DNA of 64,000 nucleotides from Podarcis bocagei (Eukaryota). The notes under the pieces are model-generated. The model was not told the origin of the DNA, did not search any database, and worked only from the letters and a program-made list of their open reading frames with translations. The stretch is taken from the NCBI GenBank assembly GCA_964188305.1, contig OZ076901.1; one strand, 5' to 3'. Of this stretch, positions 51,400 to 62,585 are shown piece by piece. Made by a program: the position numbers and the translations under genes. How positions within the stretch are numbered: the stretch's first letter is position 1; every line of letters starts with the position of its first letter.

Positions 51400-52050
51400 G
51401 AGCTAAACCGCACTTGCCGCGGGGAAGGGGGCATATTATGGGATGGAGCGCCCTTTTTTACACTCCCCCCCCATACCGCACCCAATGCCAGAGAGCAGGA
51501 TACTACGGGATGGAGCCCCCGCATTGCACTCCACATGGTGCAAGCGTCTCGGGGGACGAAACGGACAGGATATTATGGGATGCCCCTTCGCAGAGGCCTC
51601 GTTACGGGCTAGGCGCCTCACCTCCAGGTCCACCCAGACCATTCTCTGCCCCATGCCGGGCTCCGCTGCCCCTCCGGCTCCTGCCATGGCTCGCAACCCG
51701 CTCAGGCAGCGCCCCGACAGCCACCGCCTCCTTGCCGGCGCGCCGAAAAGCCGCCAAGCCCTTCCGCCAGCGCGCATCATCTGGAGAAGCCGGAGAAGCC
51801 GCAGACTACAAATCCCAGCAGGCCCCGCTACAGCCCCGCCCGCTAGGCCATAAGGGACTGCCGCGCAGCCTCCTGGGATTTGTAGTTTTGCGTGGCGACA
51901 GCGGGAGTGAGAGCGTCCCTGCGCGCCTAGTGCCTCGCTTGGCATGCTGGGGGTTGTAGTTTGAAAGATGAGGCTCCGGCGGCGGAGGCGATCGGTTCCC
52001 ACACTGTAATGCGGGTTCGTGCCCCAATCCTCCAAAACGGGAGGCTGGCC
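51400..52050 (-). promoter_or_regulatory. REXO2 CpG-island promoter with three ACTACAnnTCCCA-type (ZNF143/THAP11/HCFC1) motifs
   Basis: CpG/GC-rich, no TATA. ACTACAAATCCCAGCAGGC at 51805 (+), ACTACAAATCCCAGGAGGC ending 51886 (-), ACTACAACCCCCAGCATGC ending 51960 (-). GC box near 51834. Confidence 0.8.
51622..51780 (-). CDS. REXO2: REXO2 (oligoribonuclease) exon 1
   Basis: MMRAGGRAWRLFGAPARRRW... Arg-rich presequence followed by MGQRMVWVDLE (DEDDh ExoI start). Donor GAG|GTGAG. Confidence 0.93.
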
Positions 52051-55000
52051 CAGTAAAAGGGTCAGCTGGGCTTGCGTTTTTCCCCCTTCCCCAATACAAA
52101 GCTGCATTTTCTTACCATATTAATAAAGCAAATACTAGCCGTTTTTAGTGAAAGCACTGAGCCGAAAGTTAACACGTGTTATTTTAAAAACACACAATAT
52201 GTGGTCTGTGCAATAAAGGAAAATCCAGGGCCCCTTCTTGAGACTCGTAATCTTTTTCTTTCTTAAAAAACCAAATATGCAGGGAGCAGGATTCCCGCCG
52301 CCCCCCCTCAAGCTTGGAAGTAACTGAGTAAAAGGATGAAAAAAATATGTGAATACCACAATTAACTCAGGAATAGACAGGAAATAAAAGTTAAAATAAT
52401 GCCTCAAAGTGTGGGGGGGGGGGGGTAAGAGACCCATCAGTGTTATCAACACTCACAGGCAGGTTTCAGGTGGGAGGCATTCCCAGCCCTAACTGAAGAA
52501 AATGCCAGAGATTGTTGCTTTCAGTCCTTCTGCATGCAAAGCATGTATCATGATGGCCCAAATCATGATACCAAAGATGGCCCCTCCATCAGAGACAAAA
52601 AAAAGGAGTTTTAAAGGGAGACAAACCAGTGTCCCGTGCATTGGGTTAGTTCAAAGCCACACCAAGAAACAACACTGGCGCATGGACAATTTTGTGTCTG
52701 ACATAGTGGTACTTAGAACAGAAAGAAAAATCCTTCTCATTGGCTCCTGTGTCACCTTCTGCATTTCAGGGATTCTTTTAAAGAATGAACTTTGTGAAGC
52801 ACTTACCTAGACCCAGGAAGGTTTAAGATGGAAGCCCTCATCTGACCACATGACCTAAATCCACTGTACTTGAGCATTATTATGGCTGTCCACAGAAGCA
52901 GTATGCAGGTATGAAAAATTACATTCTATATTTGAAGATGGCAATGCTATTTAACGAAACATCATTACATGACAACTTTGCGCCTCAAAGCTTCTTTACA
53001 CATTGCATTTGCATCCTGCACACGCGAAATGCCTTACACATTAGGAGTGTTACAGTATGCAATGTGTTTGCACCAACCCAAACACACGTTAGGGTCACAG
53101 AATACAAAGCTAGAACTGGAACATGCAGACATGGTGATGGAACATGCATTTATCATTGCAATATAAGAAACAACCCTCTGCAGCCGCCCCCCTTGTGTCC
53201 TCTTGAAAACCAGAGAAAGTCTAGATTTCCTTTTGTTTTTAAGTCCTAGTTGGCCTCATAATATGTTCCACTCCCCACCAAAAGAGAGACAAAGCACTTT
53301 TAAAAAATGCATTTTTAAAAATTTATAGACTTGGGCTGCGATCTGTAACCTGGCGTGCTGATCAAGACTAATGGGAGTTGCAGTCCAAAGTATCTGGATG
53401 GCACCAGGTTCCAAAAGGCTGGGTTAGGGAATAACAAGGAACAGGGGGAAAATCAAGGTTGCCTTCTGGTTTTTAAAACCCTGAGGCTGCCATCCTAACG
53501 CCACTTACTTGCGAGGAGACCCGATTCAATTTAATAGAACTTACTTCTGCATTTACATGGTTAGGATTGCAATCTTTGAGGTTTTGCCTGCTTGTGAATG
53601 AAAGAGAACCCCACTTACTCCAGACAAGTCACTGGCAGCAAACCCTCTGCTTTAATGGAATAGTCCTCCTGCCAAGAAACATCACTGGATGTCTTGCTCT
53701 GACCTATGCTAGTAATGTTAGTCAATCAACTTTGATATACATTCCCCTGCCCCGCACCAGGTGTAACGGGAAAAAAGGAGATTACAACTACCTCTGTGAA
53801 TACAAAGCAGGTTGAAGAGGCACAGCACATGGCTGATGTGTGGACAGCATGTGTACAATCTGTCTAAAAAAATACAGTGTGAAGACTGATGGCTAAGCAT
53901 CTGGTGTAACAACTTAAGAAATGTGTCCTATTTAAGATGCAGGCTGAGCCCGTCAATACAAAAGCTTGCTGGGCATTTTCACACATTCAGTCACTCTGAA
54001 AGCATCAAAGGCCACTCTCTCTAATACAAACTTTCCAATGAGAAGATAAACAAAAAAAATCACTTTTGGATGCAAATATAACAACTACCTGTAAAGAGAG
54101 AACACCAGCTGTAAAATTTAGTTCTTAGGAAAATTTGCTTGCACACAATATTTTGAAAGAACAAGAATTTATTTTAGAGAAAATAAAAATATAGCTAACC
54201 AAGTGCGTTTTTTAAAAATACTATTAACAGTATTGCTTGAGGGAGTTCTGAATTATGTAAACTTTTTTTTTTAAGATGGGTGCTTGTTTTTGCAACAATG
54301 CCATAAATATGTAAGCCAAAAGGTAACAATGAATACTTTTATATTAGTGTATATTTGACAAAAATATTATATTTTTTAAAAGATGTCCCATTTAGGCATG
54401 CAGATAGAGGGTCACAAGCATCTCCCTCCTCTAGCCCCCCCCCCGATATAAACCCAAACAGCACGGAAGAACAACAGGGATTCAAGAAACCACAATTGAT
54501 TTGGATTAGAGTAAAAGAAAAAGTGTGTGTATGTGTATTTCAAGAGAAGTGACAGAAAAATTAAGGTAATCCACATTTTACCGCTGCTGCAATTGCCCCC
54601 TTGTCAATTTTGTTGCAGCTGAAAATGACGAGGGTATGAATACTTTTCAAAATAAAATACTTTGCTGTGCAGAGCAGACAAGTTTTGTTTTTTTAAAGAA
54701 ACAATTTGACACTGTCCAGACAATGCATTTATACATTGCAACTTAACATGGGAGTTATGTTCCAGGGATTGTTCCTAAAGCCAAAATTGTGTATAGTCAA
54801 AAGACATTGGGTACAAAGGCAGGTGCGATTACCAAAGTCTTTTTTTCTGGACGCCTGCTCCCCGCCGCTTTTTTATTATTATTTCTTTTGACAAGCACGT
54901 AAACCTGAATGTGCACGAGTAAAATGTGCACACGTTGTAGGCTTGCTGCACTCCAGTTGCTACAGAGATTACTAATGTTCAAACGGAAGCACTGTGAACA

Positions 55001-55229
55001 TAAACGGAAGCTACTGGAAACCATTTAGCTGCAGGATCTTTTTAAAAATGGCACCAAAAGTTCCCATTTCAAAAGTCCCACCATGTTTCAGTATAGGGGG
55101 AATCATAGTTAAAGACATTGATGGCATTTCAAATGCACAAACTTCAGAAGGATGGATGTCACAAAAAATCCACCCTATTGAAAAAGCTCATCTCAGATTT
55201 ATGATTAGTTAAAAGCTATTCCAAATTTT

Positions 55230-55590
55230 GGGACGCGGGTGGCGCTGTGGGTAAAAGCCTCAGCGCCTAGGGCTTGCCGATAGAAAGGTCGGCGGTTCGA
55301 ATCCCCGCGGCGGGGTGCGCTCCCGCTGCTCGGTCCCAGCGCCTGCCAACCTAGCAGTTCGAAAGCACCCCTGGGTGCAAGTAGATAAATAGGTACCGCT
55401 TACCAGCGGGAAGGTAAACGGCGTTCCGTGTGCTGCGCTGGCTCGCCAGATGCAGCTTTGTCACGCTGGCCACGTGACCCGGAAGTGTCTCCGGACAGCG
55501 CTGGCCCACGGCCTATAGAGTGAGATGGGTGCACAAACCCCAGAGTCTGTCAAGACTAGCCCGTAACGGGCAGGGGTACCTTTACCTTTT
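55230..55590 (+). mobile_element. Sauria SINE, full length, young
   Basis: GGGACGCGGGTGGCGCTGTGG head, B box GGTTCGAATCC, (ACCTTT)n tail, TSD TATTCCAAATTT (55217-55228 and 55591-55602). Confidence 0.92.
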
Positions 55591-56601
55591 TATTCCAAAT
55601 TTAGCTGTACTTGCAAGTGGAGGCTAGCAGCTGCACTTCTGGGCAAGACCAGCCAAACACTGTAGGCCAATGGCCCCTCCTCCAAAACACTGACTTTATT
55701 TAATTTAATTTTAAAGATGAACCAATGCTGCAGGCTGGATGAAATAAAGCACTTGGCCAGACGACGCCCATGGACAAGAAGTTCATAAATACTTACCTTC
55801 ATTTCTCCTTTGTATTAAATATCAATTGTAATGTCTAAACTTTCTATTCAATGAGGTTTTTAAAAATTATGTCAACTATAGAAAGGGAATGGACAGAGGC
55901 ATGCAATGATTTCCTGAGAGGCTTTAATCGCTTAAATTGTTGGGAAAGTCTTTTTACGATACTGTGGGCTCTCTTGCTTGTAATATAAAAATCAAAGGAC
56001 TCTCAATGAAAGCAGCTGGAAAAATTAACACACCATTCAATACAAATCATCAAGTCATCCAGCAAATTTGTTTCACTCTGAATATCTGAACAGGCTGCAT
56101 GTTTTCTTAATACAAGTATTTAAAAGCAACATTTATTCCAGTAGAAAAACACTGTTACCAATATTTCCATGTGCCATTGAGCCTTCTACTCTGCGGCATT
56201 CATTTTTTCTGTGGGATTACTTACTACCAGAACCACCTCAGGGGCTCTCTTCATTTCTCATTAACACTCTACAAAAATACCAATGTTAATTTTAAAATAC
56301 AACCAAAGCGGCACCTTTTTTCCCCCCTTACAAAATTAACTACATTGATTTCTCTTTTGCTTGTTTAAAAGCGTGGCACCTTCTCTTTTTTTTCCTAAAC
56401 CCTGAGAGAAAGTTAATACAATTGAAACGAAGCCACTTCTCACGAAATACATACTGCAGGTGATTTTTATAAAACAATTTTTAAAAAGCAACTCGTGCAG
56501 TTACTCGTTGCAAGCTCTCTGTAAAAAAACGATTTCTTAAAAAGGAAAGAGCCACTCCATTTCGCCAAGGAAAGGTATGCAAAATCTGCTCTGAATACTT
56601 G

Positions 56602-56979
56602 CTAGTGGCGGGAGGGGCGCCATTTGCCATCTCGGTAGTTCTCCCTCCGGTTATCGTAATCGTGACTCCAGCCTCCATAGTGCCTGTCATCGTGACCATA
56701 TTCCTCCCGAATGCCCCTGAAATGATGCTCTGAGCCATAGTCGCTGGGGCGCTGAGGTTCCCGGCTGCTATAATGCCTGCTTTCAGTAGGATACGGATGG
56801 GAGCTCACTCTGTTCTTGCGCTGGGCTGCACTTGTCTCTGAGCGCCACTGCATGGATGAAGCTGACGACTGGGTGAATGAGTAACTCGGGTGGTGCCCTG
56901 GCGAAGCAAATCCGGATGGCTCTGGGTGCAAGGAGTTGTGCCTGCCACTGTACTGCGACTGCTGCCACATATTATTCAT
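56602..56979 (-). CDS. RBM7: RBM7 exon 5 (terminal)
   Basis: tttccag|ATG. MNNMWQQ...SHPY...YRDGKWRPSRH-TAG, a typical RBM7 C-terminus. Confidence 0.92.
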   Translation of the reverse strand: MNNMWQQSQYSGRHNSLHPEPSGFASPGHHPSYSFTQSSASSMQWRSETSAAQRKNRVSSHPYPTESRHYSSREPQRPSDYGSEHHFRGIREEYGHDDRHYGGWSHDYDNRRENYRDGKWRPSRH

Positions 56980-57416
56980 CTGGAAACAGAAAGCACTTCT
57001 GTTAAGAAGAGGCATGGCCAATACCAATAGTCAGGGGTGATGATGATGATTTGTTCAATTCCTTACTTGCCCTTCACCATAAGGTCCCAGAGTGGCCGTG
57101 TAAAAATACAAATCAGTTAAAACTGTTTACATTAGAAAGAACAAGGCTGGTTCTAAGAACATCTCTCAGGTTGAGAGGTGTAGTCCAGCAACATCTAGAC
57201 AGCCACAGTGTGTGGCTGCCAGTCTGGTGAATGAGAACAGCCACAGGAACAATATAACTCCAGATCTACATTGGCTTCCAGTACTTTTCTGAGTGGAATT
57301 CAAAGTGTTGTTATTGTTAACCACTCAGCTTTTTTGTCTGAGGCATGCACCGCTCCACTCATTTGCAAACCCTTTCCTGCCTATTTCCTGTTAGCAGCCA
57401 AACAAAGAACTCTCAC

Positions 57417-57507
57417 CACCGCTTGTCTCTGGAGGTTATCTGGGGATGAGAAGGACCTCTGCACAGTTGGCGACTCTGTTGAGATGTTATCCACATTCCT
57501 CTCATAC
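57417..57507 (-). CDS. RBM7: RBM7 exon 4
   Basis: RYERNVDNISTESPTVQRSFSSPDNLQRQAV, bounded by ttagcag| and |GTGAGA. Confidence 0.92.
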
Positions 57508-57609
57508 CTGCTAAGTGAAAACCAGAAGTCAATTGCCCAGAAGAAGTCTCAGATCATGGAATTCTGCACTAACAGTAATCACAGTCAACAGTATTCAATT
57601 GAAGAAAGT

Positions 57610-57996
57610 TATGCTGATGATCAAGGGTCTGGAAACCAAGCCTTATGGAGGGCTTTGGGTATGTTTAGCCTGAAAAGAGGAGACAGTGAAGAGATAGGAT
57701 AGCCGTCTTCAAATATCTGAAAGGCTGTCACATGGAGCACACTTGTTTTCTCCTGCTCTGGAGGGTAGGAGCCAAACCAGAATCACAATTCTGTGATTCT
57801 GTCACTAAACTTTCTGATGGTTGGAGCTCTTCAACAGTGGAAAGGACTCCCTCATAAGGTGGTAGACTCTTCTTCACTGGAGGTTTCTAAGCAGAGGTTG
57901 GATGGCCATCTGCCATGGATGTTTTGGATGAGATTCCTACATTGCAGGGGGTTGGACTAGATGACCCTCAGGGTCCCGTCCAATTCTATGATTCTA
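57610..57996 (+). mobile_element. CR1 LINE 3' fragment
   Basis: GGTATGTTTAGCCTGAAAAGAGGAGAC...GGGTTGGACTAGATGACC...ATTCTATGATTCTA. Confidence 0.8.
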
Positions 57997-58044
57997 CTAT
58001 AGGTGTTTGTGAATGGTTTTCCCAGGGGTGGGGAAAAACAGGTA

Positions 58045-59214
58045 CAGTGGTACCCCGCAAAACGAACGCCTCGCGAGACGAAAAACTCGCAAAACGAAAG
58101 GTTTTTTCGTTTTCGAGTTGCCTCGCAAGACGAATTTCCCTATGGGCTTGCTTCGCAAAACGAAGCTTGCCCCGGGGACAGCGGGTCTTCTCTTTTGAAG
58201 CAAGGGGCTGCAGGGAGATAGCGATCTCCCTGCAGCCCCTTGCTTCAAAAGAGGTCCGGGGGCAGCGGGAAGCGAAGCGCTTCTTCCCCGCTTCCCCCGG
58301 ACGTCTTTTGCAGCAAGGGGCTGCAGGGAGATCGCTATCTCCCCGCAGCCCCTTGCTTCAAAAGAGGTCCGGGGGCAGCGGGAAGCGAAGCACTTCTTCC
58401 CCGCTTCCCCCGGACGTCTTTTGCAGCAAGGGGCTGCAGGGAGATCGCTATCTCCCCGCAGCCCCTTGCTTCAAAAGAGGTCCGGGGGCAGCGGGAAGCG
58501 AAGCGTTTCTTCCCCGCTTCCCCTGGACGTCTTTTGCAGCAAGGGGCTGCAGGGAGATCGCTATCTCCCCGCAGCCCCTTGCTTCAAAAGAGGTCCGGGG
58601 GCAGCGGGAAGCGAAGCGCTTCTTCCCCGCTGCCCCCGGACGTCTTTTGCAGCAAGGGGCTGCGGGGAGATCGCTTCTCCCGGTGCTCCGAAGCCGGGCG
58701 GGGGGCAGGGGACACCTCCCGCCGCCGCGGGGACACCTTTTGAAGGCAGGCGGGGGGGAGCAAAGACTTTTGCCCCCCGCCCGCCTTCAGAAGAGGTCCA
58801 GGACCTCTTCTGAAGGCTGGCGGGGGGCAAAAGTCTTTGTCCCCCCTGCCTGCCTTCCCAGGGGCTTTTAAATCGCCCCGGACAGCGGAGAAGTCCTCCG
58901 CTGTCCGGGGCGATTTTAAAATGCCGCCCGCCAGCATTTTAAGATCGCCCGGACAGCGGAGAAGTCCTCCGCTGTCCCAGGGTTTTTTAAAATGCTGGGG
59001 GTGGGAAGAAAAGCCCTTGTCCCCCCCCCCCCCAGCCTTCAGAAGAGGTCCGGGGACAGACTGTCCCCGGACCTGGTCTGAAGGCGGTTTCCCTAGGAAC
59101 GCATTAATTGAATTTCAATGCATTCCTATGGGAAACCGTGCATCGCAAGACGAAAAAACCGCAAGACGAAGAGACTTGCAGAACGAATTAATTTCGTCTT
59201 GCGAGGCACCACTG
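58045..59214. mobile_element. Long non-autonomous Tc1/mariner (Tigger-like) element with internal GC-rich repeat array; RBM7 intron 3
   Basis: TIR CAGTGGTACCCCGCAAAACGAA/TTCGTCTTGCGAGGCACCACTG with TA TSD. Confidence 0.85.
58193..58681. repeat. 113-bp tandem repeat, about 4.3 copies
   Basis: CAAGGGGCTG recurs at 58201, 58314, 58427, 58540 and 58653. Confidence 0.95.
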
Positions 59215-60209
59215 TATCATGAAAATAACCAGGAAGCAAAGTACCAGGTAAACACTGGCATTAGCAGCTTTATGATTATAGCTATATTTCTATCCTACTC
59301 ATTCTCATAGACATAGACAGTTATTTGTTCTCCTAGCCTCAAAACAAGGTTGTGAAATAAGCTAGGCTGAATGGCAGAGATTGTGATTGGCTCAAGGTCA
59401 CCCAGTTTGTGACTGAGTGGGAGATTTGAACCTGGGTCTCCCTGGTTGCAGCAGAACACTTCTAATCTAACCACTACATCATACAGTTTTCCTTTGATCC
59501 ATCATCGTAAACTGTTATTGAATATATATTTTTCTAAGCAGAGTATAACTGAGCAATCTGTTTTCAGTTCATCTTCATTTTTATAACTGACACACTTGTC
59601 AAAGCAATACAGAAACACGGATCGCAAGCCTCAGGAGGTTTCTAGTAACAGCTTCTTTAATCTACTCTGCATCTCAATTTAGAAAATTCTGAAAAGACTC
59701 ACAGCTTTCCCTAATGGAAACTAATTTGCTTGTCCATCTGTTGCTTTAGAAACAAAATTCCTGATGTGCCACATCAAAGTTCTCAATACCATTTGATTTT
59801 TGTAGTTGCTCTAGAAAGAAAAGCTAATAATAGTAATATCTTTTCTCAGTGCTAGAATTCAGTTCATATTATTCTTTCCCACTTAAAGACAAATAATAAA
59901 CATAAAGGTAGAAAGGGAAGCTCAGACATAGGCTATTGTATTATGCCCACTTTGGAAAGCAGTCACAGAATTTACCATATGGTAATGAATGCTAATAACA
60001 CAATCGTACGCACAATTAATCAGAAGCAAGTCCCACCAAGTTCAATGGGGTTCACTCCCTAATAAGCTGCAATTCTAAATGTACTTAAATGATTTACCAC
60101 AGGCTTCCTAAAACTGGTGCCCTTGAGATCTTTCAGACTCAGGGTTGTAGTCCAAAATATTTGGACGACACCAGGTTGGGGGAAGTCTGGCTTAACATTA
60201 AGAACTTAC

Positions 60210-60318
60210 CTGCTACTGGCAGTTGTTGTTGGCAGTTGTTGTATACTGGAGGGGCTTCCATTAGCATATCCAGGTTGAGAATAAGGTGAATTGTTATCTT
60301 GAGATGCATGACTGCTCC
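60210..60318 (-). CDS. RBM7: RBM7 exon 3
   Basis: GSSHASQDNNSPYSQPGYANGSPSSIQQLPTTTASS, bounded by cctttag| and |GTAAGT; phases match neighbours. Confidence 0.9.
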
Positions 60319-61347
60319 CTAAAGGTAAAAGGACGTGTTTGAAGTGTAACTAAAACAAGTCATTTACATTGAGAAAGGTTAAGCCGACGCAAGATGCTAA
60401 CAGATTGAAAACATGGCACATTACTTAATGGGCTCTGGAGTATCACACTAGAGAACCATTAAGACATACAAACAGATTTCCAAAACAAGTGTTGCAACCT
60501 ACTGGAATACCCAGTGGTGAAGATGCAATCAAGATGCAATGCTAAGGACACTAAACTTAAGTTAACTGCAGATGAAACTCAGCTTTCCTAAAGTGAAAAA
60601 CTTTGGACACTACTTCAAACAGTCCAAATAAGCACCAAATACTGTTTTCATTTCCTTTATTAATTTTTTTTTTAAAGCAATTCCAAGGCTCCACTCTAGA
60701 ACCAGCTTGAGTGCCGGGGCTCATTTCAGAAATAATCTGAATTGATAAAATAATGCTTCTAGACACGAGCAAAGTGCATTCCTCTGTGATCATAGGAGCT
60801 CAGAATACACACAGATCTGTTCTCAACTGAAAAGGGTACAGCAGATGTGTAGAATGTGTGGCCCTCCGGATATTGTTAAACTACAACTCCCATCAGCCCC
60901 AGCTAGCATAGCCAATTGTCAGTGAGGATGGGATTTGCAGTTCAGCAACATATGGAAGGCTAAAGATTATACAAAGCTAGAGTAGGACATCCCTTCTAAA
61001 AACAGATGGTTTGTCCCCAAACAACTGAAACTCTTTTGAGAAGTGCATTTCAACATCTTTTAAAGTTCCTTTTAAAAAAGATTCTAACAGATTGTCTTCC
61101 AAAAACTGACAGAAAGCCCCCTTCAAATGAGTTGGCTCCTCAAGATAGCATACAAATATGCAGCAACACTATGAACACAAGAGTGGTTTACAGGCTCAGT
61201 GAAATTTTAATCTGATATATAATTCAACACAAAAAATGCACCCAGAATAAAAAGTTTTACACATCAGAATTTTAAGCATAAAAGGAATATGAACCCCCTT
61301 CAATTTTGCCTAGATGACCTAGGCTGTTTTAACGGTTTTGTGGATAC

Positions 61348-61510
61348 CTGATCGAAACTGAATTTTGAGAGGTCTCCCAAAAAGTTTGATCCCATTAAGT
61401 AGATCCATGCCATAGGGGACAGATTCTTCATGTTTGAAATTCACAAATGCAAACTGCTTTGGTTTCCCATCCCTGTCCTTCGGAATCTTTACTTTAATGA
61501 CTGGACCTGC
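61348..61510 (-). CDS. RBM7: RBM7 exon 2 (RRM)
   Basis: AGPVIKVKIPKDRDGKPKQFAFVNFKHEESVPYGMDLLNGIKLFGRPLKIQFRS, RNP1 KQFAFVNF, AG/GT boundaries. Adjacent to REXO2 as in mammals. Confidence 0.95.
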
Positions 61511-62585
61511 CTGCAAACCAAAAAACAAAACAAAACATTAAAATTAAAAAATGGAGCAACTTTCCCTTGAAGGTTATTTAGTTGCATGCATCTGCATTCT
61601 AAGGTAAACCTGTATTTGCATTCAAGTACAGTGTAGGGTGTTACCAATTAAATGAAATATATGTATTGTCAGGCAGGTTCTAAAACAACTTTCTTAATAG
61701 TTGGCATTTTACATTTTTACTCTCCAAAGGACTGCAGAGTAGGACATAGTTCTAGATTCACCAGGCAGGTGAAGGTGGTTCAAACTAGGTAATGATCAGT
61801 TTACTGCTGGTCTCTAGGCATCACTTCAGGTAGGTGCTATGAAGATAGAAAAGTACATGCCCCCATGTGAATCCAGAGCCATCAGGTCTGGGTGGGTGTA
61901 CAAGATGGCCACAGGGACACCAACTTGGGTTCCATGATGGAAGAATTGCAGAAGAGAAATGTAAATGAAACAAAAATAAAGACTTTGGTTGGTACTCAAT
62001 ATTCTCCAGGGAAGAAACCAAAAGTAATGGATTCAGCCACATGCCAGCATGGAACAGAAAGTTAACATGCACTGTGAACCTCCTTCCACTCATAAGCATG
62101 CACCCCAAAAAGCAGAGGAAAACTCATTCACCTTTCAGCCATGCTGATTTTACGTAAGCAAGGAGCATTGAAGCATTCCTTTCAAGTCAGCCTCACAATG
62201 TCTTTCTACAGATCCATTATTAACTTGCATCTTGAAACAAGGGATCCACTACCTCTTAGAATTAGGTCTAGGATAGCTTCTCCTCAGGTCAGCTCTATGA
62301 CTGTTTCAAGGCAGAGTTGCTCACAATCTACACATTTTGCCTCCTGGTTGTAACCTTAAGTACCCTTAGACAGCCTGGGCAAACATGACAGAGGCAACCC
62401 ATTATTACAACACATTCCCCATTTCTTTCTCCCCCTCAAGACCACCACCCTTGGCATTTTGCTCAGGGGATGAGACATCCCCAAAACTAAATCAGTTTTC
62501 AGGACTGGTACATCCACGGTGGTGCTATAGGACGAATTTCCAGTTCCTGAAACATTATGCTTCCCTTGAAATATAGAGCTAAACC

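Noticed and set aside
51354-52107. Long overlapping ORFs (201 aa +, 223 aa -, 136 aa +)
   Set aside because: CpG-island stop-codon depletion; only 51622-51780 on - matches REXO2.
58193-58681. Palindromic repeat array as a CRISPR-like locus
   Set aside because: No unique spacers, eukaryotic context, no cas genes.
57915-59310. 318-aa and overlapping ORFs with repeated peptides
   Set aside because: By-product of the GC-rich 113-bp tandem repeat inside a non-autonomous transposon; open in several frames on both strands.
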